DNA of 64,000 nt from Rebecca billardiae RCC1528 (Eukaryota; Protista; Haptophyta), in contig OZ251224.1 in NCBI GenBank assembly GCA_965240325.2, forward strand, positions 434,001 through 498,000. The letters are read 5' to 3'. This document shows, in pieces, positions 11,998-21,516 of this stretch. Position 1 is the stretch's first letter; the number at the start of each line of letters is the position of its first letter. Made by a program: the position numbers and the translations under genes. Under the pieces are notes generated by a model. The model saw only the letters and a program-made list of their open reading frames with translations, was not told the origin of the DNA and ran no database searches.

Positions 11998-13032
11998 ACC
12001 ACCCCCGCTCCCGAGTCGCAGCTCGGGCCGGGCAGCGCAGTCCAGCTCGCGGCACCGCTTCCGTCCGCGAGTGGACATTGACAGGTCACGAGCGAGAAGG
12101 GGGTCGCGCTGCTCCCACTCCGCTCGGAAGTCGGAGTCACGCAGCCCATTGTGGATCGTCATCGGCTTGCTGCTGCCCTTGGCGGGCTTGCGGCCTGGGC
12201 CGATGCCACCCTGCGTGCACTGCTGTGCACAGTTTGTTTTGTTCGCGTGGCCGCGCTGATGTGCGTCGCGGACGAGCTGTGCTGCCGGTGGCGTGGGTGG
12301 CGCTCAGTGGCACGGCCGCCGGCACACCGCGCGTACGCGGTCCCGCCGCCGACAGCGGACCAGTCCGCAGCAGTTGGCGTCATGCCGTGCCCATGACTCG
12401 TGAGCGGGATCGTGACCATGTGCACGGCCCGGCGTGGCCGTGAGGCCCGTGTCCGGCTGTCCAGTGTCTGCGGACCCGCCGACTCGCGCCAGCAGATCCC
12501 ACCCAGTCCGTGAGTCCGGGCTCCGCCGGCCCGGTCCCGGATACGGGATATGTCATATGACCCCGGGGCCGGGAACTCTGACTCAGGCGGTCAGGCCGAA
12601 CCCGGACGCCGGAGGCCGGACCCCGTTGCTCTTAGGCGCCACTACTTCGCACATTCTGACCCGCGAGCACGGAGCACTGGAGCAGGCGAGCAGCCTAAGC
12701 CTTGGATCTCTGATCGTCGGACTGATGTGACTCAGTGGCGACAATGTTTGCATAATCACAGCCAGGCTCCATGCCATGATACTCGTCAGTTCATCGGAGT
12801 AGCTACGGCAGAAGCCAGCCCGCGGGCCGCACGTGACGGGCCTGGCCCTGGCCGCCAGGCCCGGAGCGAGTCCGAGGCCATATAGCCCGACGCCGTCGGC
12901 GGCGCCAGCACATCACGTATGCCTTCCAGCGGCGCCAGCAACCCGATCTGGCCTGCGTCGCGATCGGGCTGGGTTCGTAGCCGGCGGTTCAGCTGCCCGC
13001 TCAGGACGAGCGTCGAGTGCGCGTGCGCGCGC

Positions 13033-13836
13033 CTACGCGGCCCAGTTGTCGTTGCGGATCTCGTCCTCGACCTCCATCGCCATCTCGGGGTCCTGCTCCA
13101 TCAGCTCAGCGATCGTCACGTTCTTCACGTTCGCCATCTGCTCGGTGATGCTGGCCTCGGCGGCCTCGAGCTGCTCGATCTCCATATTGAGCTTCTCCTT
13201 CTCCGTCGCGACGAGCAGCTCCTGCGCGGCGGCAGCGGATGGGCACGGGCGGCGCGGCGCGTGAGGGGTGCGTGGCAGGTGCAAGCGACCAAAGCTCCAG
13301 CCGGCCTCGGCGCACGCAGCGGCGCGCGGCGCGGCACGGACCATCTCCTTGATGTCGTTGCGGAACTGGTCGATCACTGCATTCTGCTCCTTCGGGTCGA
13401 AGGTGAAGCTGTCCAGCTCGGACTTGAACTCGGCAATCATCTTGCTCGCGTTGGCCGAGGCCAGCTTCTCTTCCCACGCGGACCAGTCAATCGAACCCGC
13501 GCCAGCGAGCTCTGCCCGCTCCTGGTCGATCTCGCGCTGGTAGCGATCGAAGACGGTCTTCATGCCAAGCACCTCCTTCTTCGCCGCCTCGTCTAGACCG
13601 GTCGTCAGGTAGTCCCAGTTGACCTCGAGCTTGGGCGGCATCGGAGGAAGCGACTTGCCAGCGCCGACCGCCTCTTCCACGGGCACCACCTTCATGACGG
13701 TGACGCCGTCGACCACAAGGTTCTGCGCATCGGCGGGCTGGCCAATGCCCTTGAGGTCGATGGCCGACGACAGCGCGCGCACGCGCGACGCGCCGCGCGC
13801 CACCGCCGGGAGCGCCCGGGACGAGCGAGCCAGCAT
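13033..13836 (-). CDS. ATP7/ATP5PD: Mitochondrial ATP synthase subunit d, in-frame intron 13222-13341
   Basis: Arg/Ser presequence; VNWDYL, IDWSAWEEKL, C-terminal TIAELMEQDPEMAMEVEDEIRNDNW. Confidence 0.82.
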   Translation of the reverse strand: MLARSSRALPAVARGASRVRALSSAIDLKGIGQPADAQNLVVDGVTVMKVVPVEEAVGAGKSLPPMPPKLEVNWDYLTTGLDEAAKKEVLGMKTVFDRYQREIDQERAELAGAGSIDWSAWEEKLASANASKMIAEFKSELDSFTFDPKEQNAVIDQFRNDIKEMVRAAPRAAACAEAGWSFGRLHLPRTPHAPRRPCPSAAAAQELLVATEKEKLNMEIEQLEAAEASITEQMANVKNVTIAELMEQDPEMAMEVEDEIRNDNWAA

Positions 13837-14055
13837 GCTGATCACCGCACCCCGAGGAGATCGGGCCGATGTGCACTCATGTGCGAGGCGTCCGGATGCG
13901 CGGCGGGCAGTCCGGGCGGGCGCCTGATGAAGTGCAAGGGCGTTCCCGGGATCCTGCCACACGCTCCTGAAAAGCAAAGCCCCCGCTGCGGGGGCTTTGC
14001 CTTCCGGACTGGCGCTGCGGCAGTGGCGGCCGCCAACCCGGACTGCGGTGCACCA

Positions 14056-14957
14056 GCGCTTGGCGCGCGCGCGGCGCGGCGCGCTGCGGCCGTCGAGTTG
14101 CCATGCGAAGGCGGCGCGTTGCGTGCGTGGCATCGGAACGCTGCCGTGCTCCGCACTGCGCCCCGCAGCTCGCTCCTCGTCGACTTTGCTGCGCCTACGA
14201 TCAGCGCGCACGCGAGCGTCGCCTCGGAATGAGCAGCCCGCGCCGGCCTCAGCCGTGAGCACCCGCCTGGCGCGCGATGCGATCAACTCGGGGCACGAGC
14301 TGCGGCTGGGCGAGGAAGCATGTGCCTGCGCGCAAGCCGCGCCGCCTTGAGACACCGATCGTGAGCAGGGCAAGCACCTTGCACGCAACTATTCTTCTTG
14401 CCCTTGCGCATTGTCGCGGTGTCCTTGAAAGGACTCCTTATCAGAGCAACTACTCAAGCAAGGCATGACGGCAGCCACGCGCGCATGCGATGCATAGATG
14501 TACACGAGTTGCTGTGCGCACACGCAACCCGAAGACTCCTATTCATCGCTTCAGGGCGCTCACGGTCTGTTGTTTCATCTCCACTGCATGCAAGGCTCGT
14601 GCAGGCTGATCGGCATTCGTCGACAGCCGTCTGAAGCTGCATCAACGCGCACGATCGGTGTCTCAAGGCGGCGCGGCTTGCGCGCAGGCACATGTTTCCT
14701 CGCTCAGCCGCAGCTCGCGCCCCGAGTTGATCGCATCGCGCGCCAGGCGGGTGCTCACGGCTGAGGCCGGCGCGGGCTGCTCATTCCGAGGCGACGCTCG
14801 CGTGCGCGCTGATCGTAGGCGCAGCAAAGTCGACGAGGAGCGAGCTGCGGGGCGCAGTGCGGAGCACGGCAGCGTTCCGATGCCACGCACGCAACGCGCC
14901 GCCTTCGCATGGCAACTCGACGGCCGCAGCGCGCCGCGCCGCGCGCGCGCCAAGCGC
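14056..14957. repeat. Long inverted repeat / foldback: arms 14056-14363 and 14650-14957, ~286-bp spacer
   Basis: Arms are near-perfect reverse complements with a few substitutions; CCA flanks both sides. Confidence 0.95.
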
Positions 14958-15234
14958 CCATCGACGCCAGCGCGCCTTCGGCGCCAAGCGCGTTTTCATT
15001 TTCCGCGCTTTGTTTTCGCGCGTGAGTTTTTATTGGCGCATGACCCGCGCGGGGAACGCCCCTGTGATGAGTTCAGCGAGAAAAGACGCGACGCGTATTT
15101 TCGGCGGCGCATTATTCGTGGCTGCGATCTCGACCGCGAGATAAAACCGGCATGAAACCGTGCTGCTGCAAACTTGCAGCAAGGCGGCCGGCCGCCGCCG
15201 CGGCGCAGGGGCGCGGCCTGGCAAGCCGGTCAGC

Positions 15235-17686
15235 ATGGGCGCATGCGGCTCGAGCGTCCGCCGACGGCATGCGCAGAGCCTGCGAGCACACCCGACGAAC
15301 GCGCGCGCACCGCATGGCGCCGCCAAGCCGGGCTTGGCACGCGGCGCACCGCCCTTGCCCGACGAGGAGCGAGGGCCTGCCCCCGCCTCGCCCACCACGC
15401 CCTCGCCGCTGGCGTCGGACGAGGGCGACGACGATGGCCTGGACGAGCCCGCCCACATGTCACGCGAACGACCCGTCGCGAGGGTCCCACACCGCGGCTT
15501 CGCCGCGCCATGCCCGCAGGCCGGTGCGCTGCCCGCGGCCCGCCTCTGGCACGTTGGGCGGCACGTGCTGCACGCGCTCGACGTCACGCTGCACATCGTC
15601 GCCGCGTCCGAGCTCTTCCGCTGCGGCGCGATCGTCGAGGCATGCGTTGCGTCCGTGCTCATCTGCTCGCAGCTCACGCTCGCGTACGCGCTCATCCTGC
15701 GCTACGTGATCCGCATGCACGGCGCCGCGCCCCGCTGCTGCGAGATGACGAGCGGCGAGGTGCACATGTGCCGCGCGCGGCTGGTGACGGCGGGCGCGCC
15801 GGACCGGCCGTACGGCTGGCGGCTGCTCTCCGCGTGCCTCCTCTGCGGCCCGCTCGGCGCGCTCGGCGCGGACGTCCTCGGGCTGCTGCACGCCCTCGAC
15901 GACGGGCACGCGGGCGGCGCCTGGGGCCGCACGCGCGCCGTCTCCGGCCCGTGGGCTGAGCTGGACGAGGTGCTCACGGCGTTTGCGCCCGCGCGGATGA
16001 GCGCCACCGCGCTGGTCGAGAGCGCGCCGATGACGCCGGTGCTGCTGTGCGCGCTGCTCCGGCGCGAGCCGCTGCCGCTCAGCCCGTGGCTCCTCACCGC
16101 CTCGCTCTGGCTCTCGGCGCACAGCGTGTGCGCGCACCTCTTGCTGCGCGCAGCGCGCCGGCCGAGCGCGGCGCGCGGGCTGCTCAGGCGCGGCGCGCAG
16201 CTGCTGGTGATGGGGCGGCAGGTGCCGCGCGCGGCGATCGAGGCGGGCGCGGTGCGTCGGCTCGTCCTCACCACCGCGCCCGAGGGCGTCGAGCTCGACG
16301 AGCTCTGCGCGCTGCTCCGCGCCAGCAGCGCCGTGGTCGTGGTCGAGCTGGGGGGCGTCACACTCGAGCCCTCGGGCGCGTGGCCGCCCGGCCTCGGCCC
16401 GTTGCACGCGCGCATCCTCGCGGCGATGACGGTGGGGCACGCGTCGCCGTGGCTGCGCACGAGCGAGGGCGCGCTCGAGCCCGCCGCCGTCGACGCCATC
16501 GTCGACGCCGCGAGCGCGGTGCCCAGCCTGCGCGTGCTGCACCTCGTGGCCAACCAGCTGTCCGAGCGCGGGGCCGCGGCGGCGCTCCGCGGCGTGGCGC
16601 GCGCGCCGGGCGCTCCCGCGCTCTCGCACCTCGTGCTCGCGGGGAACGGGCTGCGGGATTGGGCGCTGGCGGGCTCGGACGCGCTGCTCGCGCGCATGTC
16701 CTCCACGCTGCTCGTCCTCGGCCTGCAGCACAACCGCCTCACGGACGCGAGCGTCGTGCCGCTGTGCGGCGCGCTGCAGGCGTGCGGCGCGCTGCGCACG
16801 CTCTGGCTCAACTCGAACCGGATCGGCGACGCCGGCTGCGACGCGCTCGCTGCGCTCGTGCGCGTGCACGCGCGGCTCGGCGCGCTCAACCTGCTGCACA
16901 ACCGCTTCTCCATCGGCGCCGCCGCGCGGCTCACGCGCGCGTGCGCCGCGAAGGGCGCGCAGCTGGCGCGCGTGTGCGGCAAGGTGGTAGGAGGCACCTC
17001 GGCCGCGTCTCACTACACGCAGCTGCTGGGCGACGCGGACGCGCAGCTCGTCGCGCACGACCTGGCGGCGGAGCCGGTCGCGCTGACGTACCTCTGGCTC
17101 AACGACAACCGCATCTCCGACTCGGGCTGCGCCGCCCTCGCCGCCGTCCTCAAGTTCGCCCCCTCGCTGCTCCAGCTCCGGCTGGACGGGAACGATATCG
17201 GCGACGACGGCGCCGGCGCGCTCGCCGACGCGCTCGCCGCGGGCAGCCGTGTGCAGGAGCTCGTGCTCGACGGGAACCGCATCACGCACGAGGGGGCGCA
17301 GGAGCTCGCCGAGGCGCTGCAGACGAACGGGAACCTGCGCGTTCTCTCGCTCAGGTGCGGCCGATGCGCGCCACACAGCCCGCCCGCACTTGCGGAACGT
17401 TTCGCGGCATGCGAGGCCCCGCCACGCGCCGCCACCGCGCTGCCCTGCTGCCTTCTACTTCGCCCAGCGTCCTTTCTGTGAATCCTAACCAGATGCATGT
17501 GCGCTGCTGGCCGCCGCGCATGTACACCCCGCGCGCCGTTCGCCTGCCTGGCCGCGCAGGCGGAACGCACTCGACGAGAGGGCGAAGGCCGCGCTCGTGG
17601 CGGCGTGGACGTCGTCTGAAAAGCGTGCGGCTGCCTCTGACAATATTAGGCGGAGGCGATCGCCGGAGGACCTCAAGATCTACTAG
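15235..17686 (+). CDS. Membrane protein with XK-like TM region and C-terminal RNI-like LRRs, intron 17355-17559
   Basis: MGACGSS acylation motif; TM helices with VESAPM; repeated LxxLxLxxNxIxDxG LRRs. Confidence 0.8.
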
Positions 17687-17839
17687 CAGATCGATGCGAT
17701 TATGATGATGATCGTCATATTAGCAAGTGCAGTATAATGCTTTAGTTTACGATGACAATAAGCTCATCATCGTAGTATAAACTGTGAGCTATGATAGAGC
17801 TTCGGAGCTGTCAGACTTGGGTCAGAGACATGCAGAGTG

Positions 17840-19846
17840 TCAGACAGAGGTGACAATGTATCGCCCGCTGCGCTTGTCGTACTGGATCATGTTTCGGCGC
17901 GGCCCGCCGCCGGGCGAGCGCGAGGTGTCGGGGGAGCGCGACGTGCGCGGTGACGCCGAGTTGGATGCGCTGCGGCTGCCGCCGCCACCGCCGCCGCCGG
18001 AGGCCGCGGCGCGGCTGCGCTGTATGCTCGGGCGCGGCGGCGCGGCGGCGCGACGTGGCCGCTGCCAGAAGGCGAGACGGCGGGGCTGCGGCGGCCTCTC
18101 GTCCTCCTCCTCGTCGCTCGACGCCGCGGCGGCCGCGGCCCCGCGCGTGCCCGCGGCGGCCGTCGGCGCCGCGCCGTCGGCGCGGCCGCCGTCCGCGCCG
18201 GCGCCACTGAGCGGCACGTCGTCCGCGGCCGAGCCGTACTGGCCGCTGCGCCGCCTCAGACGCACGCGCATCCGGCTGCGCAGGCCGAGCCGGCGCTCGC
18301 GCGCGCGCTCGCGCTCGATGTCGGCGTGCACGAGCCGCGTGGCGAGCTGCCACCTGTTCCGCGCCTGCCGCCGCGCCTGCAGCGCCATCGAGACCTGCAC
18401 GAGCAGCTGCAGCGCGAGCGCGGCAAACGCGGCGGGCGGCAGGATGTTGACGGCGATGCGCGCCCAGCCAATGTTGCGCTTCGACACGACGCAGAGCGCG
18501 GGCGCGGGCTTGACCGCTTCCTGCTCGCAGACGGGGTAGAGGAAGTTGAGCCCGTCCAGGTCGTTCTCCGAGAGGCACGCCGTGGCGCGCGTCGTCGTCA
18601 TCGACGTCATGATCGACTGCGCGCGCGTCGGGTCGTCCGGGTCGATCGAGGTGGGCGCGCCGCGCGTGCCCGGCAGTCGGTGCGCGCGCGTGCACACGTC
18701 GTCGTCGCCCATCTGCTCGTCGGCGACGCGGTACAGGTCGGCGTAGATGTCGGGGTGCGAGAAGCCGAGCACGTGGCCGATCTCGTGCGCCGCCGCCGAC
18801 CCGAAGTCGAAGCACTCGAGGCACGGCAGCACCACCTTGTTCCACACCACGGGCGGCGAGAAGACGAGGATCATCACGAGCCAGAGGCTGAGCTGCCAGC
18901 GCGAGAGCACGCGCAGCGCGTCGGCGAGGCCGGCGAGGAGGGCGGAGCGCTGGCACACGCAGCAGCGGCCGTCGCGCACGAACACCTTGCGCAGCACGAA
19001 GAGCATGCCCAGCGCGCTCCCCGCGTAGCCGAACGCCCACAGCCCGAAGATGAGCCACTTGAGGATCGTGAGCGCGTCCGCGTTGGCGTGCAGCGCGCGC
19101 AGCCCAAAGCAGAACGAGTTGTCGATGAACCAGCACACGTCCTCGGCGCCGCCGACGTGGAAGGTGAGGCGCACCTTCTCGATCACCCAGTCGCTGTACG
19201 AGATGCGCCCTGCAAGATGGAGCGCGCGCGCACGCCGGCGCGCGCGGGCGGCTCGCTCAGCGCGGCCGCGCGCGCGCGCGCCGCGCGGCCGCGCGCGGGC
19301 GACGGAGCGCGCGGGCCGCGCACCCGCCGGCGTGCGCGGGCCGTTCCGCCAGCCGCCGTCGGGCTCGAGGTATTCCACGAACGCCGCGACGTCCTCCACG
19401 CCGCCGGGTGCCGAGCGCGCCGTGATCCAGATCTCGACGAGCGAGCAGTCCTCGGCCTTGCCCTCGGCGATGCACTCGTCCGTCACGTTGTAGAACTGGA
19501 TGTACGGGTGGTTGATCGACCACGTGGACATGGCGCGCGCGAGGACGTCGTTGATCTCACTGCAGTCCACCCAGTTGAACGGCTTGAACGCGATGTCGTC
19601 CGGCGCGTCCTCCCTGAAGTAGGGCTCCATCGTCTCGCAGAAGGACGGGTCGATCGCAAACGCCAGCCCGCCGCCCAAGCCGGACTGGTCGAGCCGTTCG
19701 GCAGGCTTGGTCCATAGCAGCTTGTATCGCTGCGTCTCGCCTTGCTCCACCGTCGGCACGTTCACCCATCCCGTCGTCGCAGGCAGCGCCGCGGCCAGCA
19801 GGGCGAGCAGCCGGCCCGCCGCAGCTGGCGTTGGCCCCTCCCCCAT
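17840..19846 (-). CDS. Membrane-anchored M10 (matrixin-like) zinc metallopeptidase, in-frame intron 19210-19323
   Basis: HEIGHVLGFSHPD zinc motif, SIM Met-turn, DLDGLNFLYP; signal peptide and 3 TM segments. Confidence 0.85.
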   Translation of the reverse strand: MGEGPTPAAAGRLLALLAAALPATTGWVNVPTVEQGETQRYKLLWTKPAERLDQSGLGGGLAFAIDPSFCETMEPYFREDAPDDIAFKPFNWVDCSEINDVLARAMSTWSINHPYIQFYNVTDECIAEGKAEDCSLVEIWITARSAPGGVEDVAAFVEYLEPDGGWRNGPRTPAGARPARSVARARPRGARARGRAERAARARRRARALHLAGRISYSDWVIEKVRLTFHVGGAEDVCWFIDNSFCFGLRALHANADALTILKWLIFGLWAFGYAGSALGMLFVLRKVFVRDGRCCVCQRSALLAGLADALRVLSRWQLSLWLVMILVFSPPVVWNKVVLPCLECFDFGSAAAHEIGHVLGFSHPDIYADLYRVADEQMGDDDVCTRAHRLPGTRGAPTSIDPDDPTRAQSIMTSMTTTRATACLSENDLDGLNFLYPVCEQEAVKPAPALCVVSKRNIGWARIAVNILPPAAFAALALQLLVQVSMALQARRQARNRWQLATRLVHADIERERARERRLGLRSRMRVRLRRRSGQYGSAADDVPLSGAGADGGRADGAAPTAAAGTRGAAAAAASSDEEEDERPPQPRRLAFWQRPRRAAAPPRPSIQRSRAAASGGGGGGGSRSASNSASPRTSRSPDTSRSPGGGPRRNMIQYDKRSGRYIVTSV

Positions 19847-20011
19847 TTTTGGATCACCTTGCTGCCTGCCCAAACTTGCGGTCCGGAAATGCAAACCGAC
19901 CAAGCCCGGACGCTGCTGCTCACGACCGCCCGGTGACGACTGACGACCGCAGGGTCAAGGGCGGCGCGCAAGCGGGCGTGCGCTCGAGAAGCCGGCCAGG
20001 ATCCCGTCAAG

Positions 20012-20986
20012 ATGATGCTCGGCGTGGAGGTGCTCGCCGCGGCGGCGGTGGGCCGCGTGGTGTACCGCTTCGTCCGCTCCTTCGAGGAGACGGGCGAGGT
20101 GGACCACTCTGGCGAGCAGCCGCTGCCCGTGCGGCGGCAGGTGACCGAGGGCCCGGTGATCCCCGACTTGGACATGCCCGAGGGCGCGATGGCGCAGCTC
20201 GGGCAGCCGGGCGTGCTGCTGCTCTCAGACGGCCTGCTCCAGCAGCTCGCGCAGTGGCTCCCACGCCGCCACACTCACGCGCGCTGGACGATGCTCTTCT
20301 CGACCGGGCTCGACGGCTACTCGCTCCACTCGCTGTACCGCAAGTGCGCCGAGCGCGGCGTGCTCCTGCTGCTCGTGCGCGACGTGCAGGGCGGGCTGTT
20401 CGGCGCGCACATCGCCGATCGGCTGAGACTGCCCGACAGCGGCCACGCGTCGTCCACCACCGCGCTCGCGACCGATGACACGCTCAGCTTCCACGGCACG
20501 GGCGAGACGTTCCTCTTCGAGGTGCTGCCGATGGCGCACCTGCCGCCGCTGCTCGACGGCTCGGCGCCGCCGCCCGTCTCCGTGTGCGCGTACCGCTGGT
20601 CGCACACGGACGACTTCTTCGTCGCGTGCACCAACGACTTCTTGGCCGTCGGCGGCGGCGGCGCGCGCTTCGGCCTCCGCCTCGAGGCCGACCTGCAGTC
20701 GGGCCGCAGCGGCGCGTGCGGCACGTTCAGCAACCCGCCGCTCGGCGGCACGCCGCTGCGACCGGGCGCGAGCCCGGCGCCCAGGCTGGCGGCGGGAGCG
20801 CCGGCCTCCGTGCCGCCCAGGCCTGGTGGCGGAGGCGCCGCGCGCCGCGCCGCCGGCGGCGGCAACGCGGACGAGCGCGAGAGCCGCTGGTTCGACGTGA
20901 GCGCCGTCGAGGTGTGGAGCCTGGACGACTGGACGCTGCACCACCACCACGAGATTGCGCCGGTCGGCTTCTCCGTCCAGCCCTGA
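20012..20986 (+). CDS. TLDc-domain protein (OXR1-like)
   Basis: WTMLFSTGLDGYSLHSLYR, FGAH, FHGTGETFLF, LAVGGGG, SGACGTFSN, VEVW. Confidence 0.92.
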   Translation: MMLGVEVLAAAAVGRVVYRFVRSFEETGEVDHSGEQPLPVRRQVTEGPVIPDLDMPEGAMAQLGQPGVLLLSDGLLQQLAQWLPRRHTHARWTMLFSTGLDGYSLHSLYRKCAERGVLLLLVRDVQGGLFGAHIADRLRLPDSGHASSTTALATDDTLSFHGTGETFLFEVLPMAHLPPLLDGSAPPPVSVCAYRWSHTDDFFVACTNDFLAVGGGGARFGLRLEADLQSGRSGACGTFSNPPLGGTPLRPGASPAPRLAAGAPASVPPRPGGGGAARRAAGGGNADERESRWFDVSAVEVWSLDDWTLHHHHEIAPVGFSVQP

Positions 20987-21516
20987 GGCGGGCCCGAGGC
21001 GCGGCCGGCGATCGGCTGCTGCGGCGCGCGCGTGGATCCGTCCTGCTCTGCGACACGCTTTTCGGGCTGCCAAGCCGCGGCAGCCAGGCCCGGGGCCGCG
21101 ACTCCTCCCACTTCCCAGGCAGTCGACCTGGATGCGCATTGCGCCTGCTGATGAGTCACAGCTGAGTGCTGGCAGCGTGGCTGTATTACAGTATTGCACC
21201 TGTTGGGCGCATTTGACGCGCCAAGGCGCGCCAGTGACCACGAGGGCTCGTGAAGAGCTGCAGCATGAGAGTCGGCCAGCAGGCCGTTCTGTCGGCGTCG
21301 GCGCCTCGGCGGGCGCCTCGCCGTTATGGGGAGTGTGACGGTTCGTGCGCAAACTGACTATTGTAAAAAGTCTGAACGCCCACCCACAAGCTCAGAATGA
21401 TCTGGTGATGTGGAGATGGAATCTCTTGATGATCAGCACGCCCGGATTTCTCATCCAGGATGCGCGCTGCCACCAGCAGGTCCGCGCAATTTAGGACCCG
21501 CCAGCGCGCGCTCGCG

